A stretch of DNA of 20,000 nt from Sphaeroforma arctica JP610 (GCF_001186125.1 NW_014040521.1:162141-182140), one strand, 5' to 3'; numbered from the stretch's first letter, positions 1 to 10,708 are shown. The notes: generated by a model not told the origin, from the sequence alone. Numbers and translations: made by a program.

Positions 1-1341
1 CTTAACAATATTCTTAAGATGGATAAGTAAAATAAGTAAAAACCAAAGTGTCTTGTACCACATAGAAGTCAAAGATTTATTACACTGACTCACCACGACT
101 AACACCAGGACAGTTTGAAATACTGTGCCGATGAACAGCTATCGAAATACCAAAACTATAATCACACAATGTATTAAACACCGTGTAGGTCTTTGATAGA
201 CCGCTTGACGGTCTTTGTATGAAAATCCAGGGCAGCTATCTGTTTTCATGCGAGTATTAGAGTAACTGGAAGGTACGACCATAAGAAATATTACACCTCT
301 TCTTTGGTGTCACAGTCTAAGGGGAGCGCGCTGAGTCTTTATTTGTGTTTTGTGTTTTTTAATTCACTAAGCTCGGGTTTCCATTTTAGCCGGTGTTCTC
401 GGCATATTGTTGATGACTCGAATACTAGGAATAGATATCTGGGCCTGTGCCGGAAACTCGGGATTCAGGATCCAAGAATCCTTGGGGTTGTGTTCTATTG
501 ACGTCACTTTATGGATTGCCTTTTCTAGTACCTAGATCTTACATACATTGAAAGCGCCAACCACACCCTCCATGATATTCAAAAAACAAAACTTAAACTA
601 TTGTGAGTCCACGATCGCGAAGAGAGCAAATATATATAGAATCGTGAGTCCTTGGAACAGGGATGATATTATTTATTTCAATCTGAGATAAATTATCATG
701 TGTCTACATGCGCATCAGGCTGCATATTCGTCGGATATGTTCTGGGAAGATTGAAGAGAAGGTAGTAATGTCGAAGTACCGCGAGAAACTACGGGCGAGT
801 AAAGCAACGATGGAGGATATTACGGTGCGTTGATTCGTGACGATGAAAAAAGAACACTTCCACTATTGGGTGGGAGCTAAAACTCGTGTACCATTGTCTG
901 ACATGTTAGAAGCACATGTTTACATAAATCTTAAATATGGAATACGTGCAAATCAGAAAGAAAAAATAGTGATGACAAAAATTGCTAAAAAATGTAAGAG
1001 CTGTGGTACTTTATAGTAGACAAGTAGGTCGGGTTTTTTTAATGAAATAGTTTTCTACTAACCATTGAATGTATGTATGTACGGCAGTGTGTTAGACTGT
1101 CAGTGTGTCAGACCTGAAGGAACACTTAAATACAAATATAACAATCACAGAGCAAAAAAACATACGTGAATACAATAGAACAGTGAGAGTCTTCATGGCC
1201 AGCCAACTAGATTATCCCATCTATGCATCTAATGGAGTGGAGAGCTAGCTTCAAAGAGACGGGCTTCTGTGTGCGGCAAGTCTCTGCACCGACTTGGTGT
1301 TCTACATATTTAGATTATATTTTCGTTCATTAAGTTGGTTT

Positions 1342-1360
1342 TATATATATATATATATAT
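1342..1360. repeat. (TA)n microsatellite
   Basis: tatatatatatatatatat. Confidence 0.9.
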
Positions 1361-4176
1361 TTGCAGCCGTGGACTTATCTGATCGGACATATATTTGAAG
1401 TGTTGTTAACATCTGAAATAAATATAGAACGAGGTATGTGATAGGAGCGGCACCGTATAGATCAGTGTCTCATCTTATTTCCCCCTTCTCTTTTAAGTTA
1501 CCACCAAGAGCTAAAGGTAAACAGCATGGTTAGAAATATAGACCCCAAAAGCATGATAAGAAGATTTGAGAGGCCTCATAAAGGTAACCAATCGTTGAAG
1601 ATCCTTACAACTGTATAGCCAAGGTGGCCAAAGGATTCTTCGATAACCCTCATTCTACATCTTAAGTAAAGTTCAAAAAGCGATCCTTGAACCACCCCTC
1701 ATTAAATCGAACAATGTTAATCTCAACTAACTGCGATAATCGCCGTGATAGTTCAGAATTTACAAATCAAGGGGTATTGTGCTCCCAGTTATCCTCGGAT
1801 ATAGCGAAAATTGCTAACAGCTGACTAGCCAAATAAACATACAGGGTGCCAATTACACCAAAAACCCCCAGATGTATCTTGCGTTGTTCCTCACGAGCAA
1901 GTGAATACATTTGTGAACTACGTCCTACTATTAATACACCTACGATGGTTCAACCCCTTTAGGTTAACGAACCAGACTCTTAAGATAGTGCAACCGATTC
2001 CACGCTGCTGTGAAACACACAAGTACTAATTACAATGAAGAAATCTGTACAGCTGACTACCCCTTAAACGATAATCCTATCCGTTTCTTATATTCGACAT
2101 TGTATCCACTTATGCAATATTGTCGCGCCATCATTGTCACTTATATGAGATTGCTATGAGTAAATTTGTACGATCACATCTATACAGATTAAGAAGAGCC
2201 CATCGTAAACGTTGTATCTCACCACGTACAACCAATCACTTTCCTGTGGGCAATATACCATACTCGGCTGCCTCTTATGACCAGCCGTACACTAAGTATT
2301 CAATCAGATATTGTAAGAATCTGGAGACATATACAATAGCTTTTGATACTCCTCGTTCTATGTATGCTTCATGTATTCGATCGCATTTGTGTCAATTCAG
2401 CATCGTCTGATCGGGAATCATTTAGACAGGATAAAATTGTTTCAGAATAAATAAAACGTAAAAGTTGAAATTAAAGTGAACGGCGACACTGTTATCATCG
2501 ATTCAACAGAGTCTCTGGGAGGTTACTCTGATGTAACATCTAGGTACTAGGATAGCTCAAAAACCACAACTCATATGAGACAGGTCAAATATATTTACGA
2601 TATTGAGTCATTAGATGTGAAGCGGGACCGGTAGACATTCTCTAAGTCCCACATGACAGAAGAGTTCACTATTAATAAAACCTCAATACGGCTACATTTA
2701 ACTGGAACAATTTATTAGCTGAGATTAGACATACTTGAGAAGTTGTCTGTTGTTGTTGCTTACGGTCGTATATTCCTAACTACTCTCATACTCTACACTG
2801 AGTTGTATGACAGGTTCTATGTATACCACATTAGTGGATTTCGACCAATCGTGAGATCGAACAATAGGTACATTTGAAGTTCAGACAGTAAGTGATTCGT
2901 TAATATCGAATCTTGCAAATAAGCAAAATCCATACATATTTGAAATGTATCATAACAGTAAATAATAGTCCAAAAAGGTATTATTAGACCTTTTTAGTAG
3001 TAAATGCGTCAGCTAGGCCACACATTGTCATAGTAAGCGCGGGTAGTACTGGACTCGGCGCAACTTAATTTTCTCTGGCCGTAGTAGTCCATGAATGAGA
3101 TACTATGAATATGCCTAATGCTGACACATAAACAAGGCCTGTGACTATATTTGGGCGATAGAGCGGTTACACAAAATTAATGAATAAAAAAGCCCGGTGA
3201 GGTTATGAATTATTCATTCCCAGTAATCAATGTGAAAGTATCTGAAAGTGTAGATGTTTTAGTTAAATATTTACATGGAAACCTCACAATCGGGCATACA
3301 AAATATACTCTTAGAGCTTAATTATCACATTTTCAAGCCAAATTTAATAGCCCCACTTACTTCGAATTTATCATGTAATCCCCTGCTGAGGGGTACCGAG
3401 AGACTCTGATACTCTAGATACATAGAGGATGACCGATATCTTATCCCAAAGTAAAGTACTACAGGATATTAAGTATACAGTATATGAGGGCTCCTAGAAA
3501 GGAAAAGGAGGGTCCTTTCCAGTAATACCCTTCGAGGGGGAACGTCCTAGTAATTACCTTTATTCTTATTGTCGCACCTATCGTCCGATATACGGGTAAA
3601 CCCGATAGAGTACGGTGCCGAACTAGATGTTTATTGACTGTGACTAGCCTATTACCCATATTGTTACTTTTATTCGTTGATGGCTAACTAATCCACTTAA
3701 AATCGGTGGTTCATTAAAACCTTTCGTACATGTTCGATTAGTGAGTCTCACAGCGATGCTGGCATCTGTTCTTATGCTTTATTTCTGGGTTTTAAACCAC
3801 AGAAGCCAACCATATGTAACTCTTCACTACCTGTTAGAAGAGCTCTGCCCCACACAACTGACCTATATAAAGGGTCCCGCCTGATCCTGCAGGGATCTCA
3901 CTGAATGTCAGTGTCATTCGCTCCTATGGGTATCGCTGACATTTGTGATCTCTCATCCCTGACGGGGTTCACTTCAAAGAAAGTACAAGAGTAAAGGCCA
4001 CCCACACCATAAGCAGTTAAGCTAACCTATGGTGTAATACTGCCAGGTTAGCTATATACCTAGTAGAATAGAAAAGCTGTAGCTCCCTGAGCTTTCATAG
4101 CTTTTTGGTCTGAACCGTTCCTTGCTATTGCTATTCACACGAAAAATAGGCAACCTTCGAGTACGGCTATTTTATC

Positions 4177-4199
4177 GGGCGGGGGGGGGGGGGGGGCGG
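4177..4199 (+). repeat. Poly-G tract
   Basis: gggc followed by 16 G and cgg. Confidence 0.9.
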
Positions 4200-4250
4200 A
4201 TTGCTCTCTCTACACTAAAGGCAATAAATCTTTTGACAATAACTTATCGC

Positions 4251-4737
4251 TGTCGACAACTACCCCTGTATAAACAACTACCTGAGAGACTACAGGAGTA
4301 GACGTATTTCTGAATATGTTAATAACGGTTTACGTCGTCAGCCCGAGAGCAAATTGGGACTTGCCCTCAAATTAATACATGTATAGGTGGCTCCGCCCGA
4401 GAGAACGTAAAGGTACTTTGAGAATTCTTCTCAGATTATTATATCTATAGGACACAGGCCACCGGCTAGTCGAGAGCCGAGGTCCGAGACTGAGTGTACA
4501 TAACAGAGAATATGATATATTTATTTCTAGAAAATATATCCGAGTGCTAAAGTGTTCTGCATAAGGTTTCTCATACTGATCATATAAGTTTTTACCCTGG
4601 CTGGCCCAAGTGGTTGAACACCAGTACAAACACCATCAGTATATAACTGAGGGTGAGATCATTAATAAATTCATTCGAACGCATTATTCTTTAGATATTT
4701 GCACTTTATTTAAAGTCTACTACCTTGCACTCTAACA
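4251..4737 (+). repeat. LTR-like dispersed repeat (probable solo LTR)
   Basis: Starts TGTCGA and ends CTAACA (TG...CA). AATAAA lies near 4664. A second copy is inverted at 18746-19413. Confidence 0.65.
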
Positions 4738-5220
4738 CTACCCTTATATACACAACTTCCTCAATTGAAGAAATAGTCAGCTTTGGCTAATCATATATCT
4801 AGGGATAATATTATTTATTTGCTACCATATCCTACACCACATATATCTAGTGTTAAAATTTTCTACTATCGAAAAAAGAAGCATATCATTATACTATCTT
4901 ACAAACATCACAATCTTTATTTTCGAACCAATTCCGCTCTCTGTCTTAAAAAAGTATCTTATCTACTGGTAATAACCTACATCTGTTGACAGCTACCCTT
5001 ATATAAACAACTTCTTAAGTAGAGGGGTCATCAGTCACTGTAATTTATGTATTGGCTAATCATTTCGCTAGTGTTGTAATTTATACTCTCGAGGAGAGAA
5101 ACATATCGTTGTATTATATCACAAATATTCTTTATCTTTCTTTTCGAGGGAGATAACTCGAACCTACATGTGTTTCATATCTTAAACATATCCTAATTAT
5201 TCCATAGAGAGACCTAATTA
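4738..5220. repeat. Diverged tandem duplication (~250-bp unit)
   Basis: The blocks ctacccttatata.acaacttc, ttggctaatcat, catatc.tt.ta.tat, ttttcga and tcttaaa recur in order in 4738-4980 and 4993-5220. The first block also resembles the start of the 4251 repeat. Confidence 0.65.
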
Positions 5221-5816
5221 TTATGACCGCATAAGTAACTCTATCGTTATATTACAAATATTAACTAGAATGAACAGGTGATTATATGCTCGATTTCCGT
5301 GGACGACGATCTTTCAACCTGTTTAGAGAGACTTCACTGACAGAGGCAATCATATCTCACACGTATAACCTCGATTACCCCATTCATCAACCTTTGTCTA
5401 TTCCGTGAATATAAGAGAGGACATATTTTTGGAGTAAATATGTGTATGTGTTATCTCTATTCGATTCTATCAATGGACATTTGGTGTCTACTTGTATCTT
5501 ATCGTCAGGCAATGCGACTGCTATCGGTTGTAGCTGCTGAAAGTCCTTTCGAGAATTTTGTTCTTGAGACATGGTACACACCCTTCAATGTATTGTTTTA
5601 CATTTTCTTTCTGATATAACCATGCGTGGCCATCTAATCGTAGCTTGTTTATGTTTCTTCAACTATATACCCTACTAGGTGGTACTGTATTGTTAGAATA
5701 GCTCTTGTTTCATTATATATGACCGTGTCTAAATCTGCCGACTCGTCCGCGGTTTGTACCGCCGAGATATCTATGGATGGGTATGCTAGTTTCTGGTCAA
5801 AGTATATTGACTTTGT

Positions 5817-6213
5817 GCCTATCTTGACTACTAGTTTGATCCCCCACGACATCCTGCCGTAAACTGCCGAGCCTGCTTACAATAACGTGTTATTCGTGTT
5901 TTCTACTATCATCTGGTCTTGTTCTACTAGTGACAAGAATTTGGGGAACCACGTTGCATTTGGGTAGCAGGGTACACATATTGTGATACATGGATTCCTC
6001 TATAACCTTAACAGGAACCTCTGATGTTATCTCCCAGGAAGGATTCGCCCATGCGTTCATCTTATTTGCCCACTTTTGAAGTAGTGCATTCTGTTCTTTG
6101 GTGTAGGGATTGACTGTGTGTGCATTATGTGCTGTCGCGAATAACTATGTGATGGTGAAATTCCCAAACATGCGTTCTGCTTCGTTATAGAATCGTGGAT
6201 GTGGTTTCCAGTC
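5817..6213 (-). pseudogene. Dam-like (DIRS/phage-type) N6-adenine DNA methyltransferase domain inside Gypsy pol
   Basis: DWKPHPRFYNEAERMFGNFTIT*LFATAHNAHTVNPYTKEQNALLQKWANKMNAWANPSWEITSEVPVKVIEE /frameshift ~5995/ PCITICVPCYPNATWFPKFLSLVEQDQMIVENTNNTLL*AGSAVYGRMSWGIKLVVKIG. The DLFA-like SAM-binding motif is at ~6147-6136. NPSW at 6045-6034 is one T>C change from catalytic NPPW. WFP is at 5951-5943. Confidence 0.82.
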
Positions 6214-6341
6214 GGTAGCAGAACCCGGATGGGCATGTTTGTTCCAAGTTTCAAGTATAGTGCATTCTTGACCATTGTGTGTGCTCTTGAAAGCTTCCGT
6301 CAACACATTTGCTGTTTGACGTTGAAGGTATCTTCCTATAA

Positions 6342-6485
6342 TCGTGATAGCATGTCGGCCATTCGGTTGTCTTTGCCAGGCACATTGCAAATTGTGAAGT
6401 GGTGCTAAAATGTTTTTGCTATCCACTTTGCCAGCATGATATGCAGCGTTTGCTGATGGTTCATCTGACATAGCGCCTTGGGATC
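6342..6485 (-). pseudogene. Ty3/Gypsy RNase H C-terminal half
   Basis: DPKAL...LAKW...FTICNVPGKDNRMADMLSR matches the Gypsy RNase H pattern TDHKAL...LARW...F.I.H.PGK.N..AD.LSR. It is in one frame with one internal stop. Confidence 0.9.
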
Positions 6486-6974
6486 TAATCACAGCTTTAT
6501 ATCGCCTTCTTTGATGTACTCTGAAAAGTCACTATCGCTTGAAACTCTTTCGTATTCGTCCCATACATTTGTTATGCGGGGCTTAAACCTTTCGAGAAAT
6601 GGATAATATCTCGTTTGACCCCGTCTATGATTTGGAATAGACAGTCTACTTAAGCATGTGTCATTTATGATATGGAATCACTAATGATTACGGAATAGGA
6701 AACTGCCTATTCCAATGATTCTGTAGTTTTGGGGTTTGAATTGGCGTTGTGATAATCTGGTCCCCAATTTTGTACTTCTGAGTCTGCATAGGAGTGGATA
6801 GTAAAATACTACATTACTAGACTATCTTTAGGTTGATGGTTTTGTACAGGGAGAAACTTGTTTCTTAAGGGTAGATGAAAAATCTGCCATCATTACCTAT
6901 TCTTACATATTACCTAATTAATTATACTATTATGGGAGATCGGAGTCAGTCTTGATATGTACTCTCAATTGATA

Positions 6975-8188
6975 TCAACCGGGCATAGGAAAATGCATCT
7001 CAACGGTGGCTCTACAACCGAGTCGTTGGTCCTCATCCACCTGGCGTGGGGGCGGCACATGCTTCAAGGTGAGAAAAGTAAGATTGTTCCTTAGTATCAG
7101 TAAAACTTGGTTAAGTGCCCCGTCTCGTGCACTTTCTGTTGCTCGCTGATCATTTATCAATGCTCTTAGCTGAGCGCGCAGTCGGTATAGTGTAAGACTA
7201 TCAGCATATGCAATGTCTGATTCATGCATCCAGAACGGCCTGTGGTCGAGTATCAAGAAGTACTGAGTCTCCTCAGCTGGTTGTACTTGGCTATTGGGAG
7301 TTAATTCTTCCGAAACATCGACCTTCTTGACGAAGATCGCTGACCGAGTTAAGAAGGCTGCCGACAAAGTACCCGGTGCCCTCCTTGCTTATTATTTTGA
7401 ATGGCCCACCATATGGTTATATCATTTTGTTCATTTCACCTTGATATCACAATGTCCCCTTCCTGGAAGTGTACATACTTTCTTTTTTTTGGTATATTCA
7501 GCCATATGCTGTGCGTTGTTTTTTTCTTCTTCTTGATATTGCGCAACATTAGTGTATAGTTGTGGTATAATTGACTCTTTTGGATTCTGCTGTCGCTGTT
7601 CCCATGATGCTGTCATAGTAGTTGGTGCGTTCATTGATGTGTTGTAGTCCGTGAGTTGGTCTTGTCTGCGTCCAATGTACACATTAAATCTAGTTGAGTT
7701 GTGTCTTCTCGATGAACGCAAATTGCGACCCATTTGTACGAATGGAAGTCGAGAACACCGGTTACCTGGAAAATGTTTATCAATTTCCTTAACAATGGCA
7801 TGAGGTCTCTACGTGATCGCCCGTTTGCGCCTAAGACTTTGGGTTGGTACGAGTGAGAGACTTGGTGTTGTGTCGACGCTTGTTCAAATAGATTCGAGAG
7901 TGTTATATCAATAATATATTCAATGCTTTGATCTGTTGGCATGATTTGTGGGGACCCATGTTCACACATTATTGGTACCAGCGTTCTTGCTACAGTGGCG
8001 TGTGAAGTATGATGAGTGTACACCTTGCCACACAATCACTTACGCGTTATCTCTGTTGGAGTCTAGTAACGGGCTTATGGTGTCCACTTGGTTTTGTCAC
8101 CATGAAACGGGATGGAACCCCTTTTTATAAATTTGTTCTTGAGACACCGTACACATCCCTTGACTTGTTTGTAAACCTGTTGTTTTAA
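6975..8188 (-). mobile_element. pol: Decayed Ty3/Gypsy integrase (family A) with GPF module and probable chromodomain
   Basis: KQVKGCVRCLKNK/KKGFHPVS (~8185-8100), QVDTISPLLDSNRDN, HGSPQIMPTDQSIEY (second Asp), SHSYQPKVLGANGRS (Glu position mutated), YGGPFKIISKE (~7413-7381), YFLILDHRPFWMHESDIAY (chromo-like). Region ~8040-8165 is visibly homologous to ~5445-5590. Confidence 0.82.
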
Positions 8189-8191
8189 AAG

Positions 8192-8395
8192 GTACTTAGT
8201 AAAGTATTGACGGACAAGGCGTCCGCGACAGCGTGTCTCCCGTTGAACACTCGGGCGCCATGGTTTCCTCTGCTTCTATCGATGATGCAAGCAGATCCAT
8301 TGCTGATCCCGCGCACAGCCCATACGTTCTTGAAACATGGCACACAGGCATGTGGGAAGTATCCATGGGAACATACGGAGGTGGTACGTATTGGC
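8192..8395 (+). pseudogene. C-terminal half of Dam-like methyltransferase domain, in frame with the integrase
   Basis: VLSKVLTDKASATACLPLNTRAPWFPLLLSMMQADPLLIPRTAHTFLKHGTQACGKYPWEHTEVVRIG aligns almost gap-free with the family A segment ITICVPCYPNATWFPKFLSLVEQDQMIVENTNNTLL*AGSAVYGRMSWGIKLVVKIG. It resembles the DIRS MT tail (VL.K....A...I.P.W....WFP.L). It is 5'-truncated just after where NPPW should be. Confidence 0.75.
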
Positions 8396-9720
8396 CATCC
8401 ATCGGGTTATAAAGTTTCTCCATCATTCTGGTATAACTTGGGTCTCGAAGTACCTGTGTGTGAGGAAGCTAAGGATCGTTATCAAGAAACATGGGCGCAA
8501 CCAGCCATGACCAAACGGACACGACAGATTGCGGAACAGGTGACTGAGATTTGTGCAGGGGCGACGGTGATAAATCATCCTGTACATGAAGAAGCTAATC
8601 GACGGGTACAGCTTACTTGGCAGTTTCATGAACAAGGACATCCTGCTCCAGCGATCACAGTGCAACAGATGCGAGACGATGGACACAATTGGGACCAAAT
8701 GCTTCCAATCACGGAAGAGGTCCATAAATTATGTCGCACATGTTTAGGTAATGACACTATGAAGAAGGGATTTCATCCTTTAATGAGTATTACGGCACAC
8801 TATCCATGGGACCATATTCAAATGGATCTCATTCAGATGGCAGTGACATCTACTAAAGGCAACAAGTTTATTATACATGTCTTGGATGTCGCATCCGGCA
8901 ACTCTATTTTACGGGCGCTGCCTGCAAAAGATGCTAAGACGATGGAGACAGAGTTAGTATCGGGTTAGTGAGCATGGCTTTCCTCGTTGAAAATTCAGAG
9001 TGATGAGGGGACTGAATTTGTCAACAACATTGTCAGGGCTATAACACGAGCACTCAGAATTATACACAAGTCATTTCAACCATACCGTCCTCAAACATTG
9101 GGTGCGGCAGAGCGCCGACATAAAGAATTTCACAAATGTGTGCACGCGCTTTGTGTTGGCTGTCCGTAATTCTGGGATGAACGCTTACCTTTTACTATGC
9201 TTTACCAGAACCTCCGGATATCACGTCGACACATGTCAGCACCATTTAATATTTACTTTGGGCGCCGCTATGTTCCATTTGCAGACATGACTGATGACCT
9301 ACCTGATCACATTCCCAAAACGAATGATGCATGGCTTAAGCGATGACCTTGAGAAAACAATTCTGCCAAAACTTCATCAGAAAACTACCAAGTAAACTGA
9401 TGCTATGGCTGAGGCCACTGACCAGATGCGGAAATTTGATTTAATTGAATTTAAGCCAGGGGACGTGGTCATGATACTCGCACAAGGAGCGACTACCAAA
9501 GCCATGAAGCCCTTGCTGGGCCCATACGTAATTCACAGCCGTGTGAATCAGAGATACCATCTACGAGACAAGGATGGCAGCAAACCACCGGAACTCAGAG
9601 ACCGTCCAGTTAATGTGAAGATTATTCGGCTAGTTCACCGGGCTACAGAGCCACCGCTAGATGAATCGCTAAGGAGAGAAGGGGGATCGACATTCCGGCA
9701 CATCATATCACACCGTCACA
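8192..9720 (+). mobile_element. pol: Decayed Ty3/Gypsy pol 3' part (family B): MTase C-terminal half - HHCC/DDE integrase - GPY module - truncated chromo-like start
   Basis: FHEQGH...CRTC (8627-8743), PWDHIQMDL (D 8825), IQSDEGTEF (D 9002), YRPQTLGAAERRH (E 9110, 35 residues between second D and E), FKPGDVVMI..LLGPYVI (GPY 9519-9527), TFRHIISHRH. Frameshift/stop near 8966 and further stops downstream. Confidence 0.92.
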
Positions 9721-10259
9721 ATGAGGCGATTCTGTCTGGCTGGGGCTGCGCCCTTGCTGCATGCATGAGTGACGTCTGCACGAGAGGATACACACTCACA
9801 CGTTATCATTAAAAAGTAAACTTACGTAGACTTTGAGACATGAATACAATACTTGCACGACATATACAGGATAGGATATTAGTTATCATTACAATAGTCT
9901 TATTTATCATATACAATTCACATAGGTCAAGTATAACGGCTACGATACTACAACACAATCGCAGAGCGATATCCACACGTATATACATATTCATAACAAA
10001 TACTACAGCAACTATACATATAGGCTTAATTAAATTACATTATAAGATCGCATTGAGAAAACATTAATACATCCCAGTGATACGTGGGTGATGTGATATA
10101 GTGTCCTTGATGCGACACATGTACCACAGCCCAACACTATACATGCATAGGCATGGCATAACACTTTGGACATAAACATACGAAACAGAACGTCATGTGG
10201 CAAGGATATCTATATGCTTAGAGTACAGGCGAGCACCCTGTTGGCTCTAACTCAACGGC

Positions 10260-10463
10260 GAGCAACCCTGAGGACACGGCGCATTGAACTTTGTGTGAGC
10301 TCGGTTATCATCCGCAGCTTCGAGCGTATTATGTTTATTTAGATGCTGAGAATGCGGGCAAACACCCTGTATATTCTTACTCAGAGGTGAGCAACCCTGA
10401 GGACACGGCACATTGAATTTTGCGTGAGCACTACAGTCGGTGAACAGCCGCAGCTTCGAGCGT
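10260..10463. repeat. Direct repeat pair (~70 bp)
   Basis: gagcaaccctgaggacacggc.cattgaa.ttg.gtgagc...ccgcagcttcgagcgt at 10260-10327 and 10390-10463. Confidence 0.9.
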
Positions 10464-10500
10464 GTTGCATAGTCGCCCTGAGTGGTGTTGAGTTGGATAA

Positions 10501-10708
10501 CGTTATTACGTAAAAGTCGGAAAGTGTTACATAACTACGTAGGAGGCGGAACATGTACAACATCATTACGCAAGAGTCGGAACATGTACGAATTATTACC
10601 TAACAAGTCGGAACATTAGCATCATTACGTAAGAGGCGGACCATGTATAACATTATTACACAAGAGTCGGAACATGTATCACTATTACGTAAAAGTCAGA
10701 ACGTGTAA
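10501..10708. repeat. Minisatellite, 7 diverged ~30-bp units
   Basis: Consensus approximately CATTATTACGTAAGAGTCGGAACATGTAYAA, repeated head-to-tail with no spacers. Confidence 0.9.

Larger units (their letters stand above)
5440..6485 (-). mobile_element. pol: Decayed Ty3/Gypsy pol fragment (family A): RNase H C-terminus - Dam-like methyltransferase - integrase N-terminus
   Basis: Manual translation across stops/frameshifts gives DPKALCQMNHQQTLHIMLAKWIAKTF*HHFTICNVPGKDNRMADMLSR (6485-6342), then MTase motifs (6213-5817), then ILTIQYHLVGY.../RLDGHAWLYQKENVKQYIEGCVPCLKNK (integrase Zn finger, ~5690-5560) and PDDKIQVD (first catalytic Asp, ~5490). Confidence 0.85.

Noticed and set aside
1090..1411. 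Solo LTR (TGTTA...TAACA ends, TA tract)
   Set aside because: No TSD and no second copy in the window. Possible but unsupported.
5440..6485. Ordinary DIRS element as the source of the MTase
   Set aside because: The RNase H motifs are Gypsy-type, the MT is followed by an HHCC/DDE integrase in two families, and no tyrosine-recombinase motifs were seen.
8196..8725. Minus-strand ORFs (76 and 100 aa)
   Set aside because: Antisense shadows of the family B pol frame.
10501..10708. CRISPR-like array
   Set aside because: Units are contiguous and mutually diverged, with no unique spacers and no cas genes. It is a minisatellite.
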